The notes beneath the pieces were generated by a model that was not told the origin of the DNA, did not search any database, and worked only from the letters and a program-made list of their open reading frames with translations. From positions 53,473-117,472 of the forward strand of contig NIVC01002664.1 in NCBI GenBank assembly GCA_002269645.1: 64,000 bases of DNA, given 5' to 3'. Each line of letters begins with the position of its first letter. The stretch's first letter is position 1. Below, one piece after another: positions 14,113-34,639 of the stretch. The stretch is from Macrostomum lignano. Lineage: Eukaryota. The translations under genes and the position numbers were made by a program.

Positions 14113-14848
14113 TCAGATGAGGGTGTCAGGTGAGACAGTAGGGATGTCAGTTAAGACGGTGAAGATGTCAGGTGAGACAGTGAGGATGTCAGATGAGACA
14201 GTGAGGATGTCAGATGAGACAGTGAGGATGTCAGATGAGACAGTGAGGATGTCAGGTGAGACAGTGAGGATGTCAGATGAGACAGTGAGGATGTCAGATG
14301 AGACAGTGAGGATGTCAGATGAGACAGTGAGGATGTCAGGTGAGACAGTGAGGATGTCAGGTGAGACTGTGAGGATGTCAGGTGAGACTGTGAGGATGTC
14401 AGATGAGACAGTGAGGATGTCAGATGAGACAGTGAGGATGTCAGGTGAGACAGTGAGGATGTCAGATGAGACAGTGAGGATGTCAGGTGAGACAGTGAGG
14501 ATGTCAGATGAGACGTTGAGGATGCCAGATGAGACAGTGGGGATGTCAGATGAGACAGTGAGGATGTCAGATGAGACAGTGGGGATGTCAGATGAGACAG
14601 TGAGGATGTCAGATGAGACAGTGGGGATGCCAGATGAGACAGTGGGGATGTCAGATGAGACAGTGGGGATGTCAGATGAGACAGTGAGGATGTCAGATGA
14701 GACAGTGAGGATGTCAGATGAGACAGTGAGGATGTCAGATGAGACAGTGAGGATGTCAGATGAGACAGTGAGGATGTCAGATGAGACGTTGAGGATGCCA
14801 GATGAGACAGTGAGGATGTCAGATGAGACAGTGAGGATGTCAGATGAG
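14113..14848 (+). repeat. 21-bp minisatellite (GTCAGATGAGACAGTGAGGAT)
   Basis: Direct inspection. Confidence 0.95.
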
Positions 14849-15379
14849 AATATTTGAATTGAACGTTTCAAACAGTATTAATTTAAAATAGATTTTATGC
14901 TTCATACGGTACTTGTTGCGTGAGAAAACAGATTTGGATAGAATATCTAAAAATTTCTTCCTTTAATCTTCACTTCCCCAGTCCATTAGTCCAGTTTACC
15001 CCAAACCGAATGGGATATTAACTGACGTTCCCAGCCGCCTTTGAGCAGCAAGTCAAGTGAAAGGCGGTTGAATTATTCACAATAAAATCAATGCGCCCGA
15101 CCGCCACAGGATCGTATCTGAACGAAATTGAAGATCTAAACGTAAAATATGAAGTAATATTTATTTTTTTATGAAATCTACTCAACATACTACTGATCAA
15201 AAACTTGAGTAGTAATAACAGCTTTGAATATGGATGAAGGAATAAGAGTCTCGTGATAGATTCCCCTACTAGATTGTACACCAAGACAAGCAATGAAAAA
15301 CGGGAGCCTTTTGGCAGGAGCAAATTGGCAAAAGCACTTTGGCATGAGTATTTGGACAGGTGCAAATCATTTCGATTTA

Positions 15380-15980
15380 ATAATAGTGTCGTTTCAATAA
15401 TAGCGTCGTTTTAAAAGCAGTGTCGTTTTAATGGTAGCATCATTTTAATGATAGTGTCGTTTTAATAATAGTGTCATTTTAATATTAGTGTCGTTTCAAT
15501 GATAGTGTCGTTTTAATAATAGTGTCATTTTAATATTAGTGTCGTTTCAATGATAGTGTCGTTTTAATAATAGTGTCATTTTAATATTAGTGTCGTTTCA
15601 ATGATAGTGTCGTTTTAATAATAGTGTCATTTTAATATTAGTGTCGTTTCAATGATAGTGTCGTTTTAATAATAGTGTCATTTTAATATTAGTGTCGTTT
15701 CAATGATAGTGTCGTTTTAATAATAGTGTCATTTTAATATTAGTGTCGTTTCAATGATAGTGTCGTTTTAATAATAGTGTCATTTTAATATTAGTGTCGT
15801 TTCAATGATAGTGTCGTTTTAATAATAGTGTCATTTTAATATTAGTGTCGTTTCAATGATAGTGTCGTTTTAATAATAGTGTCATTTTAATATTAGTGTC
15901 GTTTCAATGATAGTGTCGTTTTACTAGTAGTGTCGTTTTAATAGTAGCATATTGTTTTAATAATGGTATCGTTTTTATAG
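15380..15980 (+). repeat. 17-bp monomer satellite with a 51-bp higher-order unit
   Basis: TAGTGTCGTTTCAATGA-TAGTGTCGTTTTAATAA-TAGTGTCATTTTAATAT repeated exactly in the core; flanks are degenerate. Confidence 0.9.
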
Positions 15981-17288
15981 AAGCATCGTTTTTAGTAGCA
16001 TATAGTGCATAATAGTTTAGTAGTAATTTTAAGACTATTTACAAATAGAAAGCAAGATATTTGACATAGTGTTAACGAAAACCATCTACTATAATAGCAT
16101 AGTTGCGGAACAATGATTGAAGCATTGCACGATACGATAACAATTTGTCTATGGCCATTAAGATAAAACCTGACTTTACAAAATACAGGACGGCTAATGG
16201 CTGAAATATTTGCACAGGCAAGCACAATTAACAATACAAAGCATATGAAAGCTCTTAAACAAAATTTCAAATACAATAAGAACACTTATCTCAAGCTAAA
16301 AGAATGGCCGACTCAAACGATGTCGCCTGTCCAGCACGTCGTTTGATGCTCTCCAGCGAGAACATAGTTAGACATATTGCCAGCCAAAATGTCAACTTTA
16401 TCAACGAATTTGACTGGAGCAACGGAACCATTACGTCCGGCTGTTGATGCAACAAATCTGCTCAAGGCGAAAGCAATATGACATTCGTTGAGAGTACAAT
16501 AGCAACCCGAGACGTCGCGTAACCGTAAAACAAGTGTCGAGGCACATCGTTTGGACGTGTGCTCGAAAACCGGCAATCGATGGCACCGGCACCAGACACA
16601 ACAGTGACGCCGCCGAACTAGATGAGCCCATGCCAGCCGGACCGTCAACCAGCGGCGTTACAGCGGACCATGCGGCAACTCGCGATGAGAATGGAGACAT
16701 CAGCGTCGACACCAACGTGACAGATGCAGCGACATGCAGCGAGATCGAGCAGCTACAACTGAGTCCGCTGATCCCGCACGACAGTCAGAACTAAACATAC
16801 AAATGTCGAATAGTTCGGTACGCAGGACTCAGATCGGTCAAAAAATCTACCAAACGCAAAACAGCGGACAACGCGGTCGTCTCAATTGCAGCATTGGATG
16901 GAGACACAATCAGTGCACCCGTCCGATTGAGCGCTAAGCAGACTGTTCAACAGGCCAAGGCGACACGGCCACATGGCGAAATGACGATGGCGACAAGGAG
17001 TCAATGCGACACGACGATGACGGCGGCTGCGTTGACAGACGCCGATTAGAATGCGGAAGAGTTTTCACGTCGACTGTATGGTAAGAGAGAATATATTTTA
17101 CATCAATCTGTGCAACTATACAGTAGTAATATACACTCAGCAACATTGAAAAGTGTCCACGTCTGCACAAAAGGCTACACTAGCTGAACGATTAGGATTG
17201 AAAGGTTTTTAACTATGTTTGGGCTATAGACAATCAAAATAAGGCAACAAAGAATGTTAGGATTCTTGAACGCTAACGAGTGCGTCAT

Positions 17289-19216
17289 TGGCAAAAGCAC
17301 GAGTGCGCGAAGCGCACGAGTGCTCTTTGCCATAGACGCACGAGTTGGCGTGCATGAATCTCATTCTTATTTGATTCTTTCATTTTACATTCTGCCCAAA
17401 AAAGGTTATAATTGATATTACTATAGACATTACCCGCTGCTAGCGGGGGTGCGGGGGCAGAGCCCCCGCTGGGGGCGTGGGGGCGAAGCCCCCACATTTT
17501 AACCATAGACAAAATCAATCTTGCACGCTGGAGATGGTGAGGGGAGGGGTAACGAAAGGAGATTACAATTGAAAGCTAGTTGCCACTATAAAAACAAAGC
17601 AATGGTTTCTCTAATCAACCCGTCGATTCTTCCTCCGCTTATGGACATGCGATACGCAACCGTCGACGGTTTGTCATCCGAAGAGGTGGCAATTGCAGCC
17701 ATTTCTAGCAAGTGGGAAAGAGAGAACGAATGGCTGCTGCCCATGTTGGATGCAATTGCTGACACCGATTTAGAGAAGCTGCTAGCGACTGACCCGATGT
17801 CGAATGCAAGTCTGGATGAACTGGAGAGCCTTGCTCAGCAAGTTGAACGTGAGAATCAGTGTCAATCAACCATTGCAAAGGAATTGGCTTCCGTCGGTCG
17901 TTTCGAGAAGTTTCTGACTGACAATGGTGTACAACTGGATCTCAAAGTTGCCTCTGTGGATGATATAGCTAAATTCGTGAGGTACTTTTATGCTGGATTG
18001 AGGAAGCCTGACGGTTCTTTCTATTCGCCAAACACTGTGGTTGGAGTCCGATCTGGTTTGTTTCGCCATATTATGAAGTTGCGAGCGATTGACATAATAA
18101 ATGATAAAGCCTTTCATGCCGCCAATCTTACCATGAAGAGCATTTGCAACGCTTTCCTTCGATCTGGAGGAAGAGTGAAGCACTACGATGCTATTGAGAG
18201 TGACGACCTGAAGAAGCTCGGTAAATACTTCGATCGGTCGAATCCGGTGCGTCTTCAAGAGGAAGTATACTTTAACATCATTTATTACTATGGGAATAGA
18301 GGCCGTGAATGGTTGCGTGGTTTGAGGTTTGATCGGTTTTGTGAGAAGCGGCTCGCCAATGGACTCTACGCGATTGAGCTTGTTCAGGGAGATTCAAAGA
18401 ATCTACATGGTTCTACCAGCGTCGCCGTCATGGTTGACAACAAGCAAGCGTTGATGGTGTCAAAGGGAGATTCTGCCAAATGCCCAGTTGAGGCGTTCAG
18501 ACTGTACAAGCAAAAGGTCACCGAAGTTGAAGGATGGAACGGAGTGGACTTCTTTCTGCGACCAAACGCTAACTTTCGTTCATCTGGTAAGTGGTACAGC
18601 AAGAGTGCAGTAGGAGTCAACACCCTTGGGCCTCTGATGAAGAAATTTTCTACGTCCGCCGGATTGTCCAAGCCATACACTGCGCATTGTGTGCGTGCAA
18701 CTGTAATCACAGAACTTCACGACGCTGGATTTAATGTCGAAACTATCGCTAAAGTGACTGGCCACAAGCGAGGTGCATCCGTCGAGCGCTACATTCGACG
18801 CGGGAATAAACGCGAACAAGCGATTTGTGCTATGAGCCATCAACTAACGGCTGCCGTGGAGGTGGCTACTACGGCCGACCCTCAAGTTGTACGCAGTGAG
18901 GCAAGTGACCCAGTTGACGTGATCAACGATCCTACGTCGGGCTCGGTGCGCTGTGTGCGAGTTATTCCGGAAAATCGGAAGAATTTGAAGATTAGAGCCA
19001 ATGGTGACACCAACGTTATTGAATTTGTATTTGAGTAGCATCTGATCGCAAGCGAAAAACTAGTAATGATATTAACCAATTTTCACTCGTTATTTTCTTG
19101 TTGTCTAAAAATAAATTGCAATCCTGCACGTAAGATGCATTAGACCTAAAGGATAATTTGCCATAGACAACATCAATTCTGCACGCTTGGGCGTGCCAGA
19201 TCAGCAATCCTGCACG
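17289..19216 (+). mobile_element. Crypton-like tyrosine-recombinase DNA transposon, copy 2 (left boundary approximate)
   Basis: Directly repeated 25-bp sites at 17503-17527 and 19161-19185. GACGCACGAGTTGGCGTGCATGAA (17335) matches the copy 1 left end (348). Right-end TGCACG boxes have the same spacing as copy 1. Confidence 0.8.
17602..19038 (+). CDS. Tyrosine recombinase, Crypton/DUF3504 type, intronless, 478 aa
   Basis: MVSLINPSILPPL start aligns with copy 1 MASVIDSALNPPL. Motifs YYGNRGRE, SKN, HCVR, TGHKRGASVERY are all intact. Confidence 0.92.
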   Translation: MVSLINPSILPPLMDMRYATVDGLSSEEVAIAAISSKWERENEWLLPMLDAIADTDLEKLLATDPMSNASLDELESLAQQVERENQCQSTIAKELASVGRFEKFLTDNGVQLDLKVASVDDIAKFVRYFYAGLRKPDGSFYSPNTVVGVRSGLFRHIMKLRAIDIINDKAFHAANLTMKSICNAFLRSGGRVKHYDAIESDDLKKLGKYFDRSNPVRLQEEVYFNIIYYYGNRGREWLRGLRFDRFCEKRLANGLYAIELVQGDSKNLHGSTSVAVMVDNKQALMVSKGDSAKCPVEAFRLYKQKVTEVEGWNGVDFFLRPNANFRSSGKWYSKSAVGVNTLGPLMKKFSTSAGLSKPYTAHCVRATVITELHDAGFNVETIAKVTGHKRGASVERYIRRGNKREQAICAMSHQLTAAVEVATTADPQVVRSEASDPVDVINDPTSGSVRCVRVIPENRKNLKIRANGDTNVIEFVFE

Positions 19217-19269
19217 CAGAATCAAATAAGAATGAACAGCGAAACAAATCCATGCCCATTTCCATGCTG

Positions 19270-19600
19270 TGTACGTGTCTAAAGCACAGTCAGTAACACG
19301 TATAGATAGCAACCACGAGCATCCAACAGACCGCTCACTCGTCGAGACATTCCCGAACAAGGCGCCGCAGAAAGTCTTGTGGAAGCTGTTGCCACGCGAC
19401 TGAAAGCGCATTGCGCAGCTGAACCATTTTCTGGAGGGATAGAGATTGTTGCACCGAATCGTGCGCTTCAGGAAATCCCACACGTGCTCAATCGAGTTCA
19501 TATCCGGTGATCTGGACGGCCAACGCAGAGTGCGCCAATCAGTCATTTAGCGGACTATCGTTGTCACCTGCATCCAGATGCCTCCAGTAAACCCCTGTAC
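19270..19600 (-). mobile_element. Tc1/mariner transposase C-terminal remnant
   Basis: WPSRSPDMNSIEHVWD is the Tc1 WPxxSPDLNPIExxW motif. A frameshifted RRVSGLLDARG resembles the Tc1 C-terminus. Confidence 0.8.
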
Positions 19601-19671
19601 ACTCGTTACTGTAACGCTTTTCCCTGTGACACCAGATATCGGTCTTTACACTTTCCTGCCCTTTTTGCTCA

Positions 19672-20417
19672 TTTGTCTATGGCCCAAAACTAATTGGCGA
19701 AACAATCGATCGTGCTGCCCATAGACCCTTGGCGCAAGGGTGGGCACTTTTAAATGTTGCTGAGTTTATATAGTCAGCCAGATTCGAGGAGTTTATTCAA
19801 CAGACGAATTCTGCTGGCTAATAAAGTGGACGCTGTCGATATGGTGCGCGCACTTCGTAATCATGTTGACCTAGTTGTCCGCAATCTGTCAGCTAGCAAA
19901 ATGGCATTTCACACTGACACCAGCGGTACTGCCGTCGACGATCTCGAATAAGGGAGTAGACATGTCCGCTAGATTGTCGCCAATGCCATTGATGGCTTTG
20001 AACGCATTATATTGCAATATTATTTAAACAAACAGGGCCATAACTCATGCTGAAACTCGATCTCGTTTACGCTTGTAGCTGAACTTTTGTTGAAGTGACC
20101 TGCTTAAAACTTTCTTTAAAACTTTGAATTTTTTTAGTTAATGATCATGGGATGCCAGATGAGACACACGGTGTACATGCTCGGTGTATACACTCGATGT
20201 ACACACTCAATGTACATATTCAAGGTACACACTCAATGTACACACTCAATGTACACACTTAATGTACATTCAATGTACACAGTAATCACACTCAATTTAC
20301 ACAATCAATGTACATACTCAATGTACACACCCAGTGTACACAATCGACTCTCTCTAAACTGGTTTCCCAAAGATTTGCTTGTTGCTCAACGGTCAATGGG
20401 GTTTTGCCATAGACAAA
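19672..20417. mobile_element. Putative non-autonomous element bounded by inverted TTTGTCTATGGC/GCCATAGACAAA
   Basis: 12-bp perfect inverted repeat, extendable with CAAAAC/GTTTTG, sharing the Crypton-site core. Confidence 0.45.
20165..20345 (+). repeat. Degenerate CAATGTACACACT tandem repeat
   Basis: Direct inspection. Confidence 0.8.
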
Positions 20418-21390
20418 GTCAAGGTAAAAAATCCGTTAAGAATAGTTAACCTACAGAAAGTGCATTTCTCGCCTCTTTCCCATCCTTTTTTTTTTCATCC
20501 TTTTCCCGAGGAACAGCAACTTCTATGGTAATTTATCGGTTGTAGGAGTCCTGCTACAGTTGCATTTAACAAATGTAAACTAAACAAAACCAACAACAAC
20601 ATGAAGTTTAACATAGTAAGAAATACGCCGTACACTGTGGAAGCGTCTTTTAAGCACTCACTCAAAAACGATTTCAACAGTGTTGGTGTTACCGTTGATG
20701 TTAGGCCTCATTTTCTTTGCAGGATTAGCTCTCACTACGTACTTTGTTCCATAGCTTCAATAGAGAGTTCAGGCTCGGTTTTAATAGACTGAATTGATGA
20801 CTGACCACCAGAAGAGCATGCGATACTTTAACATGGTCTTGTACGTGAAACTGAATATAGCGCTCAATAGCTGTCGAAGAGTGTCCTGTCACACACGAGC
20901 AATGTCCTCTCTAGCGAAGCCAGCACGGTGTAGAGTACTTGCGCAAGTCTTGTATAGAGACTGATTACCTTTCAGTCACTCCAGTTAGGGGAGCCGTTAA
21001 TTCACGAACAACACCGTCCAAGCTGTGACGGCCGACGGGTGACAACTAGTAGCAGGATTCGTTGTTGCGGATTCTTTACTTTCAAAATATCTTAACACTC
21101 TAGATCTAAGTCGTCTTGCATTGTAAAATGTTACTGTTATGTATGTAGGAGACAAAAAAAATGGATGAACTGCTGTTATAGTTAGCCTAGGCTTGTTGAA
21201 ACGGGGAGAAACGCACAGCATCCCGCCCGCTGCAATAATCTATGGCCAACTTCAATAAGTAAAAAACTCGTATGCATATAAGTATCTAGTTAATGTTTCT
21301 ACAACTTGTATATTTTAAAAGTAAAGCTTAGTGCTGCTTAATAATTCTTAGTATCAGTTACTATTTTTTCAATTCGCAAAATAAGGAGTT

Positions 21391-21844
21391 TTGGCCATAG
21401 ACAATTTTGGATTTCATTATTTCTTTGTCTTGTGTGCTGGTGTGCTAATGTGGGGGCTCCGCTACGCGCCTCAGCGTTATAGCTCATTTCTGCCCTCTGC
21501 AGCCCATCAATATTGGTATCAATATGAGACCGGGAGTGAACGTAATTTATTTGCTTTTTGGCAGTCACCATACAAACAGCTAAGGAGAAATTAGGCAATA
21601 AACCAGAAGCAGAATAGCATATCGAAATGTTTAGTCCATCACTGAAGTCAGCCTGGCGGACTGCGGCAGGAATCGATGGTGCCATCACAGTGAAATCCAA
21701 GGGGTCAGATGCAACCCAAGGGGTGAAGAAGGAGAGCTGGCTGAGGGTCAGAGGGTTAGAGCGATATCTGAAGGCTTTCACACTCAGTCTCATATTGAGC
21801 GTCTTATTCTCATTTTGATATTCCATTTTTTAGTCTATGGCCAA
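21391..21844. mobile_element. Putative MITE-like element with 12-bp inverted ends TTGGCCATAGAC/GTCTATGGCCAA
   Basis: Perfect inverted repeat at 21391-21402 and 21833-21844; no coding content. Confidence 0.45.
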
Positions 21845-22503
21845 GCCATTCCTGCAGCCAAGACTGGGCATGATCTGGCCGTGGCTAGCCTGGCCTTGCT
21901 TGCGATCCTATGCAGTCTTATTTTGAATGTCTAAAGTCTTATCTAGAGCGTCAAAAGCGATATATTAGGTTCACAACATTTTAGCCAGTCAGTCACATAG
22001 CTTGTGCCACAGACTAACAGTACTGGATATTGATGCGTCTTCGGCTTTCTGTAGGCTTCGCCTCGGCCTGAGAAATGCATCCTCGGACTTCCTTTTCCAT
22101 AGCCACACTAGGAAAAGGATGAGAATGTATACATGGCAACAACCGAGATTTCTTTGAACTTGGAGCTCGCTTGCATTTACAAGAAAAAAGTCTAGATAAA
22201 CTTGCAATGCGGCAGGTGTTTGCTTGCTCCATTCTGGAAACCCGGAAAAGTCCAGAAGATAAGATTTATTGACAACTTGGCGCCACAAAAAAAGATGAAA
22301 ACTTCCCATTTTGCCAATGTAGCGAAATTCGCACGATTTGCCAGCGCAGAATCCTTCTGCATCAGCTCACCCAGCAACCAATGAGAACTCTAAAAGCCTC
22401 TGAGTCTGCTGACAAACTCTTTATCTCCAGCTGCAAGTTGAGCAAATCAATCCCCTGATCATGGTAACTAAAATCTCAGAGCTTCAATGCAGAGTCCGAT
22501 ACG

Positions 22504-30170
<7,667 letters not shown>

Positions 30171-30199
30171 CAATGCGAGTTTTACGTTCACTCAAATTG

Positions 30200-31215
30200 A
30201 GCAGAGAGGCAGATTCAAGCACTGACTGATGGAGTGAAGAGGCAGATTCAAGCACTCACTGATGGAGTGAAGAGGCAGATTCAAGCACTCACTGATGGAG
30301 TGAAGAGGCAGATTCAAGCACTCACTGATGGAGCGGAGAGGCAGATTCAAGCACTCACTGATGGAGCGGAGAGGCAGATTCAAGCACTCACTGATGGAGC
30401 GGAGAGGCAGATTCAAGCACTCACTGATGGAGCGGAGAGGCAGATTCAAGCACTGCCTGAGGGAGCGGAGAGGCAGATTCAAGCACTCACTGATGGAGCG
30501 TAGAGGCAGATTCAAGCACTGCCTGAGGGAGTGAAGAGGCAGATTCAAGGGCTGCTGAGGGAGCGGAGAGGCAGATTCAAGCACTGACTGAGGGAGCGGA
30601 GAGGCAGATTCAAGGGCTGCTGATGGAGCGGAGAGGAAGATTCAAGCACTCACTGATGGAGCGGAGAGGCAGATTCAAGCACTGCCTGAGGGAGTGAAGA
30701 GGCAGATTCAAGGACTGCTGAGGGAGCGGAGAGGCAGATTCAAGGGCTGCTGAGGGAGCGGAGAGGCAGATTCAAGGGCTGCTGAGGGAGCGGAGAGGCA
30801 GATTCAAGCACTGCCTGAGGGAGTGAAGAGGCAGATTCAAGGGCTGCTGAGGGAGCGGAGAGGCAGATTCAAGGGCTGCTGAGGGAGCGGAGAGGCAGAT
30901 TCAAGGGCTGCTGAGGGAGCAGAGAGGCAGATTCAAGGGCTGCTGAGGGAGCGGAGAGGCAGATTCAAGCACTGACTGAGGGAGCGGAGAGGCAGATTCA
31001 AGCACTCACTGATGGAGCGGAGAGGAAGATTCAAGCACTGACTGATGGAGCGGAGAGGCAGATTCAAGCACTGACTGAGGGAGCGGAGAGGCAGATTCAA
31101 GCACTGACTGAGGGAGCGGAGAGGCAGATTCAAGCACTGACTGAGGGAGCGGAGAGGCAGATTCAAGCACTCACTGATGGAGCGGAGAGGCAGATTCAAG
31201 CACTTACTGAGGCAA
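30200..31215 (+). repeat. 33-bp minisatellite (GAGGGAGCGGAGAGGCAGATTCAAGCACTGACT) related to the 29-bp array
   Basis: Shares the GGAGCGGAGAGGCAGATTCA core. Confidence 0.95.
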
Positions 31216-31799
31216 GTGACCTAGTTGGAACCTTTTGTTCGCATAATTAATTGCTTTATTCACTCACATCTGTACACAGCATGCTGGTTTCAATGCAACA
31301 AATTTGAATTCATTACTTAGTCCCAATGGTCATTCAAAAATGGATGAAAATTAACTGAACCTGTAAATCGAGTCCAAGTCCCACCCCGAACCACAATAGT
31401 TTTTGTTGTTAATTATTCATCCTTAAATGTGATTGGCTGTTGAAAACGCTAAAAATTCCAAGAAATGATGAGATAATTAAATAAAAAAATTTTTGTTGAT
31501 CATTTTCTTCGCAAGATTTCTTGGCACAGAATTAGATGAGAAACGAGTGTTAGAATGTTGTTGAAATGGTTTATTTTATAAAGCATATGTTCTAGGTAAA
31601 ACCAGTGGGTAAAACGAATAAAGACATAAACGAGCAAAAGGTTCAAAGATAATTTTTTGTTAACCAAGCAATACAGAAGCCATTTGCATCGAAGAAATTT
31701 GCAAGCAAAAATGACACAACTCGGAGACAGACATAACTGAGTGAACAAAAATTGGATTGACATTGTATATTTTACGGTTTTATTTATTATTAGAGGCAG

Positions 31800-32140
31800 G
31801 GGGGTTGTGTGCACCCTGGCGCAATTTAAGCGTCATTGGCACACAACCGGCGAGAGGCATTACTGCCCATTCCGCCGACTCCCCTGAGCAGGCATACAAG
31901 CGCGCGGATACGTTACGCAGGCACACACTCACACAGGAGTGTACAGCGGCCCTAACTTTATTTATTGTTAGGCATATACACTTCACTGCGCCTTGGGGGG
32001 GTTGGCTCTCAAGGCCGTTAATTGCACAAGCGAGCCAAGCCAAGATTCCAATCCAGCCCCAAATTAATGTGGCTGCACTTGGAATCGAGCCTGGGTCGCT
32101 GGCACACCAGAGCAGCTGCGCTACCGCTGGGCTACGGCCC
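31800..32140 (-). mobile_element. tRNA-derived SINE with Pol III A and B boxes
   Basis: Minus-strand head GGGCCGTAGCCCAGCGGTAG...CCAGGCTCGATTCC contains an A box (TAGCCCAGCGG) and a B-box-like GGCTCGATTCC. Second copy at 23.5 kb. Confidence 0.75.
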
Positions 32141-32254
32141 CCTATATGTTTTACGGTAGAACCAAATTTAATAATTAATTTCGACAGTCCTGCTGTGACT
32201 GATACGAATTTAAAAGTTGGAAGTGGGTCACTGTTTCAATTAAAGAGGTGATCA

Positions 32255-32945
32255 GTCTGGGCCGGGTGTATATTGATGGGGTGGTGGGTGAGGGCTGGGC
32301 CGGGGGTACATTGATGGGGTGGTGGGTGGGGGCTAGTCTGGGCCGGGGGTACATTGATGGGGTGGTGGGTGGGGGCTAGTCTGGGCCGGGGGTACATTGA
32401 TGGGGTGGTGGGTGGGGCTAGTCTGGGCCGGGTGTATATTGATGGGGTGGTGGGTGAGGGCTGGGCCGGGGGTACATTGATGGGGTGGTGGGTGAGGGCT
32501 GGGCCGGGGGTACATTGATGGGGTGGTGGGTGAGGGCTAGGCCGGGGGTACATTGATGGGGTGGTGGGTGAGGGCTGGGCCGGGGGTACATTGATGGGGT
32601 GGTGGGTGGGGGCTAGTCAGGGCCGGGTGTATATTGATGGGGTGGTGGGTGAGGGCTGGGCCGGGGGTACATTGATGGGGTGGTGGGTGAAAGCTAGGCC
32701 AGGGGTACATTGATGGGGTGGTGGGTGAGGGCTGGGCCGGGGTTACATTGATAGGGTGGTGGGTGGGGCTAGTCTGGGCCGGGTGTATATTGATGGGGTG
32801 GTGGATGAGGGCTGGGCCGGGGTACATTGATGGGTGGTGGGTGAGGGCTGGGCCGGGGGTACATTGATGGGGTGGTGGGTGAGGGCTGGGCCGGGGGTAC
32901 ATTGATGGGGTGGTGGGTGGGTGAGGGCTAGTCTGGGCCGGGAAT
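32255..32945 (+). repeat. G-rich about 38-bp minisatellite (GGGCCGGGGGTACATTGATGGGGTGGTGGGTGAGGGCT)
   Basis: Direct inspection. Confidence 0.92.
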
Positions 32946-33784
32946 ACGTCAATAGGCCGGCTGCATATGTCAATTCGAAGAAAATACCTGGCTGAATCTA
33001 TATACTAAGAATGAGTTGTCTGTGACTAAGAAAAAAACAGGCTTAACTGAATCTAAAAAGCAGAACCACCAGATGCGAGTGAAACGCAAGCACAAAACAA
33101 TACTGAAAACTTTACTATATAGTTCAGTTTGACAGACTAAATCTGAAATAAAAATCAAACACATTAAGAGATCATTTGCGCATAAAGATCGAAGGAATTC
33201 CAAAGCAATAAAACAATTTTATGAGTGACGGAATAAGAAATCCAAGTCAGAAACATAAGAAATATACAAAATAAAGCAATTAGGATAAGAGAACTGATCA
33301 AAATTTGCTGATAGATGATAATAATAAAAATCCACAGCACTCAGTCAAAAGTAGAGAGGAACTGATATAATATCAAATAAACCAAGAGCATTAATTATTG
33401 CAATATTTTTTGAAATTATATATTAATAATAATGTCAAAACATCCGCAATGGTGAGTAGCGGCTTACAAAATTTCAAGACCTGTCTCCAAGTCAAGTCAG
33501 TAAAAATGGCAGTAGATTGTAAATTTTTAGGCACCTTTAAAATTCTACAGCCTATAGAGGGATTTACAGGATAAGTATTGTAAAATGGGAACTTCTACAC
33601 TCGAGAGTATAAACTTGAGACCTGTGCTACGGTTTGATTGTCTTAGATGTTAGACAAATAAAACAGAACACAACAAAAGAGAACAGCCGTTTAAATAAGG
33701 TTATAGCAAACAAGAAACTACTTTATTTTGATTATTCGCTTTGCTTGAAAAAGTAAAAACCTGTTACATATACTGGAAATTTAT

Positions 33785-34325
33785 TAGATATGGGTGGAAA
33801 CCCTACGGGTGGAAACCAGTTAGATATAGGTGTGAACCCGTTAGATATGGGTGAAACCCTGTTAGATATGGGTGGAAACCTGTTAGATATGGGTGAAACC
33901 CTGTTAGATATGGGTGAAACCCTGTTAGATATGGGTGGAAACCTGTTAGATATGGGTGAAACCCTGTTAGATATGGGTGGAAACCTGTTAGATATGGGTG
34001 AAAACCTGTTAGATATGGGTGGAAACCTGTTAGATATGGGTGGAAACCTGTTAGATATGGGTGAAACCCTGTTAGATATGGGTGAAACCCTGTTAGATAT
34101 GGGTGAAACCCTGTTAGATATAGGCGGAAACCCTGTTAGATATGGGTGAAACCCTGTTAGATATGGGTGAAACCCTGTTAGATATGGGTGGAAACCTGTT
34201 AGATATGGGTGGAAACTTGTTAGATATGTGCGGACAACCTGTTAGATATGGGTGGAAACCTGTTAGATATGGGTGGAAACCTGTTAGATATGGATGGAAA
34301 CCTGTTAGATATGGGTGAAAACCTG
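33785..34325 (+). repeat. 21-bp minisatellite (GTTAGATATGGGTGAAACCCT)
   Basis: Direct inspection. Confidence 0.93.
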
Positions 34326-34639
34326 TTCTTGATAATGTATTAAACACGGGCGAATCAATCAAAGCAATCGAATTGAAAAGAAACATGCTGCTTCACGCAA
34401 ACTCAGAAAAGTGCAGAGTCAAAAAAGCAAGACACAATGGAATTGTGCGCTGGAATAAACAGACAGGAAGAAAGACAGATAGCAGAAACAGAGCTATTAA
34501 ATGTTGAAAACACCTGCTGTGTACAAATACAATGACAGAGAAATATGTACAAACAGTAAGGCGTAGACAATTTACAACTAATTAATATACTCGTATTTCT
34601 TTGAATAAACCAGCTGAAGTTAGGACGCAAAATATGGGG

